This document shows, piece after piece, positions 13,346 through 26,125 of a DNA stretch of 64,000 nucleotides; the stretch's first letter is position 1, and the number at the start of each line of letters is the position of its first letter. Location: the NCBI RefSeq assembly GCF_009914755.1, contig NC_060935.1; one strand, 5' to 3'. The notes beneath the pieces were generated by a model. That model was not told the DNA's origin. It ran no database searches and saw nothing but the letters and a program-made list of their open reading frames with translations. This DNA is from the human T2T-CHM13v2.0 reference genome, Homo sapiens. The position numbers and the translations under genes are program-made.

Positions 13346-13410
<65 letters not shown>
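13345..13410. repeat. Perfectly self-complementary compound microsatellite A(TG)12(TA)8(CA)12T
   Basis: Counted directly from the sequence. Confidence 0.9.
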
Positions 13411-13416
<6 letters not shown>

Positions 13417-13876
13417 GACATTTTCTTTATTCATTCATCAGTTGATGGACACTTAGGTTGATTTCATAGCTTGGCTATTGAGAATAAGGATGCTATTAAC
13501 ATGAGAGTGCAGATATCTCCTCCACATGCTGATTTCCTATCCTTTGGGTATATACCCAGTAGTAGTATTGCTGGATCATATGGTAGTTCTATTTTTATTT
13601 TTTTAAGGAACCTCCATACTGCTTTCCCTAATGTCTGTACCAATTTACATTCTCACCCACATTGTTTAAGTGTGCCCTTTTCTCCATATTTTTGCCAACA
13701 CTTGTTATCTTTTGTCCTTTTGATGATAGCCATTCTAACAGATGGGAAGTGATATCTCATTGTGGTTTTGATTTGCATTTTCCTGATGATTAGTAATGTT
13801 GAACATTTTTCATATACTTGTTGGCCATTTTTATGTCCTCTCTTGAGAAATGTCTTTGATTTTCTTTCCTCATTCC

Positions 13877-14174
13877 TTTTTTCTTTTTTTTTTTGAGACG
13901 GAGTCTCCCTCTGTTGCCCAGACTGGAGTACAGTGGTGCGATCTTGGCTCACTGCAACTCTGCCTCCCAGATTCACACCATTCTCCTGCCTCAGCCTCCC
14001 AAGTAGCTGGGTCTACAGGCGCCCGCCACCACGTGCGGCTAATTTTTTGTATTTTTAGTAGAGACGGGGTTTCACTGTGTTAGCCAGGATGGTCTTGATC
14101 TCCTGACCTTGTGATCTGCCCGCCTTGGCCTCCCAAAGTGCTGGGATTACAGGCGTGAGCCACCGCGCCCAGCC
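13877..14174 (-). mobile_element. Alu (AluY/Sc-like) inserted in L1
   Basis: Reverse-complement Alu with ttagccaggatggtc diagnostic. TSD ctcattc(c/t)ttt. Confidence 0.95.
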
Positions 14175-17100
14175 GCTCATTCTTTAATCAGACTGTTTTC
14201 TTACTATTGAGTTTCTTACATATTTTGGTTTAAATCTCTTATCAAATGTATGGTTTGCAAATATATTCTCTCATTCCATAGGTTGTCTTATCACTTTCAT
14301 AATTGTCTCCTTTGCTGTGCAGAAGCATTTTAGTTTGATGTAGTCCCATTTGCCTATTTTTCCCTGTGTTTTTGGGGTCATATTAAAAAAATCTTTGCTC
14401 AGACCAATGTCATGGATCTATTCTCCTATATTTTATTCTAGTAGTTTTACAGTTTCAGGCCTTACATTTAAGTCTTTAACCCATTTTGAGTTGAGTTTTT
14501 TGTATGTGGTATAAGATAGGGTCTAATTTCATTTTTCTGCATGTGGATGTCTACGTTTTCTAACACTCCTTACCAAAAAAACTGCTCTTTCCCCGTTATG
14601 TTTTCCTGGCACCTTTGTCAAAAATCAATTGACCAAAGCTGTATGGATTGATTTATAGGTCTCTATTTCATTCTATTCCATTGGTGTATGTGTAGGTTTT
14701 TATGCTATCATCCTGTTTTCATTACTATAGTTTTGCAAGCATATTTTGAAATCAGGTAATGTGATGCCTCTGGCTTTGTTCTTTTTGCTCAAGATTGCTT
14801 CTGTTAGTTGGGGTCTTTTGTGATTCCATATGAATTTTATAATTGTATTTTATATTTCTGTATAGAATGTCATTGAAATTTTTGTAAGGATTGAATTGAA
14901 GCTATAGATTGCTTTTGGTAGTATGGATATTTTAACAATATTAATTTTTCCAATTTATGAACGTGGGATATATTTCCATTTTCTGTATCTCCTTCAATTT
15001 CCTTCATCAATGTTTTATAGTTTCAGTGTACAAATCTTTCACATCCTTGGTTAAATTTATTTTTAAGTATTTTAATTTGTTTTATTATTTTATTTTGTGG
15101 CTATCTTTAATCTTTTTTATCATTTATTTTATCTTTAATTAATTTATTATTTTATGTTGTGGCTATTGCGGATGGGATCATTTCCTTAATTTCCTTTTCA
15201 GATAGTTCATTTTTAGTCTATAGAAATGCAAGTGCTTTTTATACATTGATTTTGTATCTTGCAACCTTACTGAATTTTTTAGTTCTAACAGTTTTTTTTA
15301 GTATTTTGGGTTTTTTATATAAATGAGCATTTACAAATAGAGAAAATTTACTTTTTTCTTTCCAACTTGAATGCCTATTTCTTTCTTTTGCCTGATTGCC
15401 CTGGCCAGGACTTCCAGTACTATGTTGAATACAAATGGCAAGAGTGGGCATGCTTGTCTTTTTCCTGATACTGGAGGAAAGATTTCAACTTTTCTCCACT
15501 AAGTATGATGTCAGATGTGGGCTTGTAATATATGGCCTTTATTATGTTGAGGTACATTCTTTCAATATGTAATTTGTTGAGTTTTTCTCATGAAAAGATG
15601 TTGAATTTTATAAAATGTCTTCTCTGCATATATCAAGATGATCATACAGTTTTTGTCCTCTAGCCTATAAATGTGGTGTATTATATCATTTATTTGCATA
15701 TATTAAGTCATCCTTGCATCACTGGGATAAATCCCAGTTGATCATGGTGAATGATCCTTTTAATAGGCTGTTGAATTTTGTTTGCTGGTATTTGGTTGAG
15801 GAGTCTTGCATCTATGCTTATCAGAGATATTGGCCTGTAATTTTCTTTTCTTGTATTGTTCTTCTCTGGTGTTGGTATCAGGGTAATACTGGCCTTGTAA
15901 AATGAGCTGGGAAGTACACTCTCCTTTTAATTTTTTTTGAAAGATTTTGAGAAAGATCAGCATTAGTTCTTTGTTAAATGTTTCAGTCTTGGTAGGTTGT
16001 ATGTGTCTAGGAAAAACTTCATTTTAATGATTATATAATATTTTATCAGATGAGTTCTCTAGCATATATGTAGGCATTTGCTGACATTTAGTTTTACTCC
16101 TCCAAATATTCTTATATGAGGGTCTAATTTTATCTTAGATCAAATTTCTAAAAGTGAAATTACTGTGATAAAGATCAAGACTCTATTTAAAATTCTTATT
16201 ACAAAGAGCCAAATTGGTTTTCAGAAAGTTAGAAACACTTTGTTTTCTGGCTAGCATTATGTGAGAATGCCCGCCTTACTATGTTATTTCTAATTCTGTC
16301 TTATCTTTGCTAATTTATTAAATACTTCAAGGAAATAAAACAGATGTTTTAATTTACATTATTTCGTTTTTTATAATGATGTTGTGCAGATCTTTATAGA
16401 TGAAAGTCACAAGTAATTTAACACTTATGTATGTGGCAATTTTTTTCAGTTTTTTAATTTAGCTACATGGTAGGATTTGTTAGATAGGGAAGTATCACAA
16501 TATTTATGTAGTTATAAAAATCTATATTATTCTTTAAAATTTTCAGAGAATTTTACTCTTAAAATTTTCATTCTTATTTCAGAAAATACTTACATATCTT
16601 TCTTTTACATATGCTTAAAAATTTTGTTAATGATATTTAACTTTTTATTTCATCTCCAAATTATTTAGCTGTATTATGTATGTTGAGACTTTATTATGTT
16701 TTCAAATATTTTCTTGTTAGCATTTTTAGTAACCTTTAAAAATATATTATTATTTATTGTAATTGCTTGACCATATACTGACTTCTTATACATATAGTAA
16801 TGAAGAGTTTTTCTGAGCTAGCTCTCTAGTTCCAGTAGTCTCTCAAGGCTCTCCTTTTCTGTTTCTCATCACTGACCTTTCATTATGTTTTATTACCTGT
16901 TATTTCTGATAAGCTTTTCATTCATCTGCCAAATGTCAAAAAAATCCCATTATTATAATCATTGTGGTTATATTTAACTCATAAATTAATTTGGGAATGT
17001 TGGCTCTTTGCAATATTCAGTCTTCTGCACCAAGAACACAGTGTCTTGCACAGCCCTAATACAACCTCTTTCTTATTCTCTGAAAATACCATTTTATACC

Positions 17101-17600
17101 TTCACTCTCAGCTTCTGAAATTGCCTCATACATCAATGGAAAACCAGAAGCAATCATACAGGACTTCCTCATTTTCCACTACCAATTTACCATACATCTT
17201 CACATAGCTTTTCATCTTTGAAAATGCCTATAAGAGGCCAAATCCTCCACTAATGCTCTTCATATATTATTCTCTTAATACCCAAAGAAATTGGTCTTGC
17301 AATTACCTGATTCTCTTCTACATCATCTCTCTACTGGAAAATTACTATAGGTTACACACATGCTCCAATATCTTCTATCTAAGGGAAGTCTTCTGTCTAA
17401 ATTACATTTCCCTTACAGTTCCCCCAATTCTCACAGCAAATCACCTTGAAAGATGTGTCTAAACCCAAAGTTTCCACATCCTTTTCTACCATCTATGGCT
17501 CATGCCACTGTAATCAGTCTTCTCTGCCCTCAGCACCACATTACTGCAATTGTGCTTGTCAGATTCAGCAATAATGTTCCTACACCAAACTCAGTATCAC

Positions 17601-17603
<3 letters not shown>

Positions 17604-17652
<49 letters not shown>

Positions 17653-17944
17653 TTTATTATACTTTAAGTTCTAGGGTACATGTGCACAACGTGCAGGTTT
17701 GTTACATATGTATACATGTGCCATGTTGGTGTGCTGCACCCATTAACTCGTCATTTACATTAGGTATATCTCTTAATGCTATCCCTCCCCACTCACCCCA
17801 CCCCACAACAGGCCCCGGTGTGTGATGTTCCCCTTCCTGTGTCCCAGTGTTCTCATTGTTCAATTCCCGCCTATGAGTGAGAACATGCGGTGTTTGGTTT
17901 TTTGTCCTTGCGATAGTTTGCTGAGAATGATGGTTTCCAGCTTC
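17604..17944 (-). mobile_element. Heavily 5'-truncated young L1PA 3'UTR (L1PA3/4-like) with (TA)n/poly-T tail
   Basis: ttattatactttaagttctagggtacatgtgcacaacgtgcagg...ctgagaatgatggtttccagcttc. 20-bp TSD accaaactcagtatcacttc at 17584-17603 and 18008-18027. Confidence 0.95.
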
Positions 17945-18082
17945 AGAATGATCCAATTCTGTCAAACGTGGCTGAATGTGTGAGCAGGATGAAGATAAAG
18001 AAGTGATACCAAACTCAGTATCACTTCTTTATCTTCATCCTGCTCACACATTCAGCCACGTTTGACAGAATTGGATCATTCT
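17945..18082. repeat. Perfect 65-bp inverted repeat with 8-nt loop
   Basis: 17945-18009 is the exact reverse complement of 18018-18082. Confidence 0.95.
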
Positions 18083-18434
18083 CTCCTTTTGGGAGCATCA
18101 TTTTTTACTCTCAGGCCACTACAACCAACAGGTTTTCTAAGTACTCCACTGGATTCAGTCTTTACTTGGCCAACTTCTTCTCTTCAACGTGACATCTAAA
18201 TATTGAAGTGGCTTGTGGCTCCATTCAAGCCTCCTTTCCTTCTCATTCAATATTCTCTGGCAATTTCATCATCCCATAGGTTTAAATACATATCAACTCC
18301 CAAGGACATGACTTCCTCTGAAGCACAAACTCATTTAGCTAATTGCTGATGTGACCTTTCTGCCTGGATGGCTAGTAAGCACTTCACTTTTAATCCAAAA
18401 CTGAGTGTTTGATTCAGTCTCCTAAAATTTGTTA

Positions 18435-18821
<387 letters not shown>

Positions 18822-19589
18822 TTAATGCTGTTGAACTGTACACCTTAAAAATGGTTAAGGTGGCCCACAGATAAAAGGATGGTTCAGCATACACATCAAA
18901 CAAGGTGATACATCATATCAACAGAATGAAGATTTCTTGTAATCTTATATATTTCAACAAGATAGACATGTTCTAACATTAACTATTCTTCAAATGCCTT
19001 TTGAATCAGATTTACTATCTCGCAAACTTTCTTATTAAGTTAACATATATATCATTCTATATTTGTGGGCATCATATTTGTAGCTTTCCAAAAATTATAT
19101 TTTGACACAAAGACTTTATGACTCAAAGTTTATGACTCACGTGTCTGACAAAGAAAATGATTTTTTTTATTTTTTATAAACTGTTAAGTGGGAATTTTCA
19201 TATCATTACCTATGATGACAAATGAGTATAAAAGGGCTTAGAGATTAAAAGCTATATTCCATAGTAAATAAAATAAATCTTTATAATTTACATATCTCAA
19301 AAAATTTTTAAGCAATTTTGTAAGAACATTTTCAATGTTACCATGTAGACAGCACTTAATTGTGATAATGTTTTCAGTCTCCAGCTCTAAGCATGTATGC
19401 ATGTATGTGTTTTCTTAGATGACTTTCTGTTTGGAATTGTACCTCCTTCTTTATTGGCATGAATAATCCTGTTTCCTTTAAAAAACTCTTATTTTTTCTT
19501 TGCATGTTAATTGGGAAGACTTGAAATGTAAGGCCTCAGGCAATATTTCATCCATTTTGAGTTAAAATTTAAAAAGCCTATTCTTTACA

Positions 19590-20225
19590 GCTTAAAATAA
19601 TGCAAAATGGAAATAAAATTGGGAATGCAAAATGGTTCAGTCAATATGGAAAAGTCTGGCAAAGTTTTATAAACCTAGACATACACTTACCACATAACCA
19701 ATCAGTTTTACTCTGAGGTATTTTCCCAAGTGAATAGACAATTTATATTCATGTCAAAACCTGTACATGAAAGTTTATGATGGCTTTTTCATAATCAACA
19801 AAATAGGAAACAACAGAAATGCCCTTCAACTGGTGAATGGATAAACAAACGATGATAGATCCATACAATTGGGTACTATTCAGTATTAAATGAGAAAGGA
19901 CTGCTAGTAGATACAAGAATATGGATGAATCTAAAACATATTATTCTAAGTGAATGAAGCTAGGCTCAAAACGTATGATGTCATTTATATGACATTTTGG
20001 AAAAGACAAAATAATAGTGACAGTAAACAGATCAGACAGTTGGCAGGGGCTTGGGAGGGGGAGGGGAGGAATACAAACAGGCACCTGAGAATTCTTGTGG
20101 CTGATGAAACTTCTGTGTCTTGATTTTGGTGGTGGTCTCAAGACTATATACATTTGTCAAAACTTGTAAAACTGTATACTAAAAAAGGTGAATTTTACTG
20201 TATGTAGATTGCACTTTAATGAATA
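19590..20225 (+). mobile_element. Old L1 (L1MC/ME-type) 3' fragment
   Basis: tgggaatgcaaaatggttcagtca...aatgcccttcaactggtgaatggataaacaaa...actatatacatttgtcaaaact. Confidence 0.75.
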
Positions 20226-21149
20226 ATGAAAAAAGGAAATTATAGTGTTAAATAAACGAGGATGAAGCTTTTAATATTCTGCTTCTACAGACTTCAAGTA
20301 CCCATAGGAAAATTCCACTCATGTTATTATTTTTGTGAAGAATTTTAGTTTTACTCTTTTAAAAATATAAACATATTTTATTATTCGTGAATTAAACTAG
20401 CCAATTCACTTATTGAATCAATTTCTAAGTTCATTATTTCTCCTTGTATACATTTTCTAGGTGCCACTTTTCTCCTTGCTGAAATTATTTTATTGGGAGT
20501 GTTTGGGGATAAATACTTTCCAATGTCATTTTTACTTTGTCCTAATTCATTAATAATGGCTCAGCTGTGCCTGGAATCATAGGTGTGCAGTTAAGTTTCC
20601 TCAGCACTTTTGAATATATTTCTCCCTTGTCCTATTGCTGCTATTGATAGTCCACTATTATCTAGTTGTCTTTACTTAGTGGGTAATCTGTCTTTTATTT
20701 CTTGGAGAATATAAAATGTTTTCATTGATATTGATACTCTTCAAGTTCAGTACTGTATGAATTCCTTTTTGTTTTCGTGCCCAATACTTAGAAAACTGTC
20801 TATTTACTCTTTAAGCATCACTGGTGGAAGAACACAGTAACACCAAGACATATAAGCCATACTGGATTGCCAAAGGTCAATGAGGGGAAGACCTCACATT
20901 TACAGACTCCTCAGGGAGCAGTCATATTGAATAGGAGATAGTCCAGGGTAAAAGGATCATAAAGAAGGAAGCAGCATGCCACATAAGTAAGGAAAGCCAC
21001 CTTATTTTCTGGGACAGAGGGCTGGCCACATAAGGAGACTTTGTGTCCTGCTCTATTTAGTTAATTTAGAAACAAGCTATCAGTGCCTCCCTTGTGGAAT
21101 AGAAACATAGAGCCTAGGAGCTTATTTAGTGAAAGAAGAATATAGGAGT

Positions 21150-21240
21150 ACCAGGCCAGGAAACACACCCATGAGGATTAATTGTCATCCTGATCTTGGG
21201 CCAGCATTTCCAGGGAAGCCATTTGAGTTGAGAGGATAAG
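21150..21240 (+). promoter_or_regulatory. Putative OR2AG1 promoter module (O/E-like cccatgag, homeodomain TAATTG, O/E-like ttccaggga)
   Basis: The motifs are adjacent and conserved in the paralogous OR2AG2 upstream region. Confidence 0.55.
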
Positions 21241-21449
21241 TCCCTCGGAACATAGGGGTAAAATAGAGGGAAGAGATCATGGATCAAAAGACAGGGCAGC
21301 CTCTCTCAGGACAAGGCTCTGGCTCACCTTTGGCTCCAGGGAGAGTGAGGCAGGGGACAACAGAATCTCCTTTGGGCAGCTCTTTCAATATCGACTCAAT
21401 ATCTACTTCCTCCAGGACCCTGCAGCTTTTATCTTTGCTCCCTGACCCC

Positions 21450-21887
21450 AGCAAGAATGAAGGAAAGTCTGAGTATCTGAACCCAAGAACTCAGTCTGGT
21501 AACTGCTCTAGGGCTAGAGGGGCTCTCTCCCTGGCAACCTGTATGAAAGTAGTTGCTACTAGTTCTTCACAGGTGTGAGAACAAGAAAGTAATCTTCTTC
21601 CTATATAGGAAACTACCCAAATTCTGTATTAGCTGTCTGCCTGCATCCACTGCTATCTCTAGGGTAGACCTGCAGATAAGTGGAAGGAATAGAAGGGCCC
21701 TGACATCTGATCTCACTAGTACTTTTCAGACACTTAACCCAACTTGGCAATATTAAACCAACTGAACACTGCTGAAGAAAGCCACGTCCTTTCTTCCCAT
21801 TTCGACTGGAACATCCTTGAACTTCAAACAATCCCTAGGAAAGTCTGAGTGGTCGGACAGCTAAGCTTCTCACAACCTGAGGTAAGG
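21450..21887 (+). other. Putative 5' non-coding exon of OR2AG1 with donor GAG|GTAAGG at 21881/21882
   Basis: Consensus donor, homologous to the OR2AG2 10051-10420 region. A second donor-like site (tag|gtaagc) lies near 21923. The 5' boundary is uncertain. Confidence 0.55.
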
Positions 21888-23447
21888 ACTTTGTATTTAT
21901 TTCAGGGGAAGGTGTGCCTCTAGGTAAGCTGAGTAGGAAAAATGGAGTCCAAAGCATACCCTAAGAACTTGAACTACTCGGTCTGCCAGATTCCCTAGTA
22001 TAATGTTTGGGCTTCATAGCCTGTTCCAATTTGTCTATTCTTAATTTTCTGAACCCGAAAAGAGAACCAATAAGGACTGTGCTACAGCCCAGGCATGGGT
22101 ATCTGCTTCCTGGTGGAAATCGCAATACTTGTCTTTAGACCCTGTGTGCTCTGCTGGCTCCCGGTAACGCATTTTTGCATCTATCAGATGATGAATATCC
22201 TAAAGGGCCATCTAAAAAGTGATGATATGTCCATTGCATGTTCTTATACCTTTTAACCATTAAGGTACTAATGGCCCCATAAGAGGCTAGTGGAAACCAG
22301 TGAAATATGAAAACATAGATGCCATATATGGGGAAATGATTGACAAAGGATGCTTCACTTCAAAATCTTTAACTGCATGTTCACAGTTGGCTTTATCTAT
22401 CCAGTTTCACAATGCACATAGACTCCTGTCAATCTTAGGCCCTTGTCCTTCTCCTTGGCTTCTCCATGGGATTGGGTACCACAATGCCAACAGCTGCTTT
22501 CTGGAAAAGCAGTTCCTCCCTATTCCTGTGGTCCTTCTACCAAGTTTAAAGGTTCTGGCCCTGCAGAAGGGAGAGTGAACATCTGGTCAAAGGCAGGAGA
22601 GGGGATAGAATTATTGAGCATAATTACAGCATATAATAGATGCTCTCTTGCTCCCTTTCACCATTTCTCCCAAACACAAACATCCTGATCTTCCTAGGAA
22701 AGCCCTCATATGTTATATTTCAGAGCCCTTCCAAGCTCACATCTTAATATAACCTGTTTTAAATAAACACATTTGTATTGACCCTAAAGTATTTAGCTCT
22801 AAATGCAACATCTTCTCAAACACAACATTCTCTTGTCTCAGGCAGTCCATTATCCCTTCTCTCTCAAGCTTCTGTAGAACGTGGGGCTGGCCAAGAGAGA
22901 AGTAACTAAGGTGGACAAGTTTTAGCCTACTAATGAGGCTTTCATCTACTGCCTTGAGTACTGCAAACAAATGTGGCTGTAAGTTCTACGGAAAAAGAAG
23001 TGAAAGTGCTTTATTGAAAACCAGTCTCTGTACCTGTTTGGAATTTCATATCAAAACAAGTCTATGAAGAAAACTAACTGGATAGTTACAAGGATAATCA
23101 AGGATTTGTGTGGCAGAATATTTCTTTAATCTTAAGAGAAAGATAATTTTTTGCTTTTGGAAAGATACATGTTCAGGTTTAATGTCCTAAATAAGATTTT
23201 ATGTGTGATCTCTTAATGTTTAGTTATTACTGTGATGTCTGTTCTCCATTTAGATGGAACTTTTATCAAAATACAGTGAGAAGTCAGACATTCAGAAATC
23301 GAGAGGCAAAGTCAGTTATCAGTGGAAAGGGTAACATCTCAGTGGATTCATGTCCTAAGAAGCCTCTGATATTTCAAAACTAGAGTTCATCTTAGCAAAA
23401 ATTCATGAAGTATCCATCTTGTTCTAGGTGATGAAAGAAACCACAGC

Positions 23448-24398
23448 ATGGAGCTCTGGAACTTCACCTTGGGAAGTGGCTTCATTTTGGTGGGGATTCT
23501 GAATGACAGTGGGTCTCCTGAACTGCTCTGTGCTACAATTACAATCCTATACTTGTTGGCCCTGATCAGCAATGGCCTACTGCTCCTGGCTATCACCATG
23601 GAAGCCCGGCTCCACATGCCCATGTACCTCCTGCTTGGGCAGCTCTCTCTCATGGACCTCCTGTTCACATCTGTTGTCACTCCCAAGGCCCTTGCGGACT
23701 TTCTGCGCAGAGAAAACACCATCTCCTTTGGAGGCTGTGCCCTTCAGATGTTCCTGGCACTGACAATGGGTGGTGCTGAGGACCTCCTACTGGCCTTCAT
23801 GGCCTATGACAGGTATGTGGCCATTTGTCATCCTCTGACATACATGACCCTCATGAGCTCAAGAGCCTGCTGGCTCATGGTGGCCACGTCCTGGATCCTG
23901 GCATCCCTAAGTGCCCTAATATATACCGTGTATACCATGCACTATCCCTTCTGCAGGGCCCAGGAGATCAGGCATCTTCTCTGTGAGATCCCACACTTGC
24001 TGAAGGTGGCCTGTGCTGATACCTCCAGATATGAGCTCATGGTATATGTGATGGGTGTGACCTTCCTGATTCCCTCTCTTGCTGCTATACTGGCCTCCTA
24101 TACACAAATTCTACTCACTGTGCTCCATATGCCATCAAATGAGGGGAGGAAGAAAGCCCTTGTCACCTGCTCTTCCCACCTGACTGTGGTTGGGATGTTC
24201 TATGGAGCTGCCACATTCATGTATGTCTTGCCCAGTTCCTTCCACAGCACCAGACAAGACAACATCATCTCTGTTTTCTACACAATTGTCACTCCAGCCC
24301 TGAATCCACTCATCTACAGCCTGAGGAATAAGGAGGTCATGCGGGCCTTGAGGAGGGTCCTGGGAAAATACATGCTGCCAGCACACTCCACGCTCTAG
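23448..24398 (+). CDS. OR2AG1: Olfactory receptor family 2 subfamily AG member 1 (316 aa)
   Basis: MELWNFTLGSGFILVG start; LHMPMY, MAYDRYVAICHPL, KALVTCSSH, PALNPLIYSLRN motifs. Intact ORF. Acceptor ttgttctag ends at 23427. Confidence 0.95.
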   Translation: MELWNFTLGSGFILVGILNDSGSPELLCATITILYLLALISNGLLLLAITMEARLHMPMYLLLGQLSLMDLLFTSVVTPKALADFLRRENTISFGGCALQMFLALTMGGAEDLLLAFMAYDRYVAICHPLTYMTLMSSRACWLMVATSWILASLSALIYTVYTMHYPFCRAQEIRHLLCEIPHLLKVACADTSRYELMVYVMGVTFLIPSLAAILASYTQILLTVLHMPSNEGRKKALVTCSSHLTVVGMFYGAATFMYVLPSSFHSTRQDNIISVFYTIVTPALNPLIYSLRNKEVMRALRRVLGKYMLPAHSTL

Positions 24399-25674
24399 GG
24401 AAGGATCATGGCTAGCTTCCAGAATTCCTTCTCCTGAGAGTCAAAAGATTCATGTTATGAATCAAATACTAATGGTAAAACCAATACAGTGCAGAGTATA
24501 GCATTTAATAGAAAAGTGAAGGAATGTAACTGGATTTGTCAAATGCTCTTTAAATCTTCTCTCCATGAAGTAATTTATAGGGCATGATTTACACTATCTA
24601 AAATTACTCTTCACTCTATTTAAAATTTAATCTTTATTTTCCCAGGAAGGTATTTAGTTAAATGGGTTCCCACCTTGGGACATGACCCCTAACCTTCGAA
24701 GTTTATATTGGATCAGGGAAAGGAAAAGAACCAGAGAAAGGAAAGTTTCAAGTGGGTGGTGTAAGTAAAACCCAGACATCAAAGGGGGAGATGTCTTGAG
24801 ATTTGCACAAATTTAGACCAACTGACCTTATTAAAAGGTTATATAGACTTCTTGTCTAATGCCCCAACTGGTAGTAGTTTGCTTGTATTTGCATTGTACT
24901 TGCTCTTTTTTTTCTTTCTAAACATCAGCCATATGAAACACTCTAACAAGTGTCTTTGCTTGTTTGTTTTTGTTTGTTGGTTTTTGACATGGAGATACTT
25001 TATAGTTCCTAAAATGCAATTATTAATAAAATGAAGAAAATAGGAGGTGAAGGTAGTCCATAAGCAAGGTTCATGATAAACAACTTTGCTTATTTCTTGC
25101 TAATACAAAAACAAACAAGCAAAATAGTGATTTTCCATTATCCAAGGCTATCTTGTAACATTCCAACCATTGCAGTGTTCACATGCATGGTGGGTGTGGA
25201 TATTTAAGTCAGTGTGTCTGTGTGTTTGTGCTAAAGATGGAGAGGACAACATAATGCATTTTCTCACCAGCTTAATTATGCTGCACTACTATTAGTTTGT
25301 CTATAAGTCTGAGAATATTGAAAACAAAAGATGTGAACAAAAGCTGTGAGTTGCATTTTGAAGATTAAAAATAATATAAAATGATATGGCTAATTACATG
25401 ACACTCTTTTGGGGGATATTGCTGTTTGAAGATTCGCTAACGCTTTTTAAATCAATTCCTATAGTAATTTAAAACAGTAACTGAGACTAGGTTCAGAAAG
25501 TATAGTAGTAGTATATCATGTTTGGAAGGCAAGGCTGAGTAGAGATAATTCCTACACGTATTTATATGAATTTCCTTCCATTTTAATACAGGCATGCATT
25601 TTACTGAGTTGATGTGTGTGTGTAAAACAGATTTTTTTAACCTACAAGCATATAGTTATTTTTCCTATATTATA

Positions 25675-25940
25675 TAGTGGCAGTATACAGCACTGCAAAG
25701 AGTCTAGGGTCAGCTATCAGCGTACAGAAGTTAGAATTGAATACACCCCACTTATTTCTATAACTTTTAGCATATTACTTAACCTGTTTGTGCCCAAGTC
25801 TGCAAGTTTGCAAAGTGTAAGTTGACATTAACAATAAGACCTACTTTGTAGTGTTGTGAGGATGAAACAAGTTAGTAAATATAAATATAAAGACATCTTT
25901 ATACTTGTAATCAGCATGTGTCGTATAATAAGTATTTAAT
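25675..25940. mobile_element. MIR SINE
   Basis: ttacttaacctgtttgtgcccaagtctgcaagtttgcaaag...gttgtgaggatgaaa MIR core. Confidence 0.55.
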
Positions 25941-26062
25941 AAATTTAACACCTACAGAATAAATGGCCCTGAAAATACTGTTGAGTGATGGTATAATGTT
26001 ACATCATATGGGTGTTTTGTAACATTATTAGCTATTTTATCATTGTTTTACCTTTAACATTG

Positions 26063-26064
<2 letters not shown>

Positions 26065-26098
<34 letters not shown>

Positions 26099-26125
26099 CT
26101 CTGTGTGTGTGTGTATGTGTGTGTG
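26065..26125. repeat. (TG)n microsatellite
   Basis: Seen directly. Confidence 0.9.

Larger units (their letters stand above)
12853..16010 (-). mobile_element. L1MA-type LINE (3' end and ORF2 part), antisense
   Basis: L1MA 3' terminus (aaaattgtatatatttatcgtgtaccacatg) and antisense ORF2 (ggcaagagtgggcatgcttgtc, cctttgctgtgcagaagc). Confidence 0.9.

Noticed and set aside
17945-18082. Hairpin interpreted as a pre-miRNA or MITE
   Set aside because: The perfect stem, its position inside L1 TSDs and its identity to the flank are better explained by templated insertion. There is no expression evidence.
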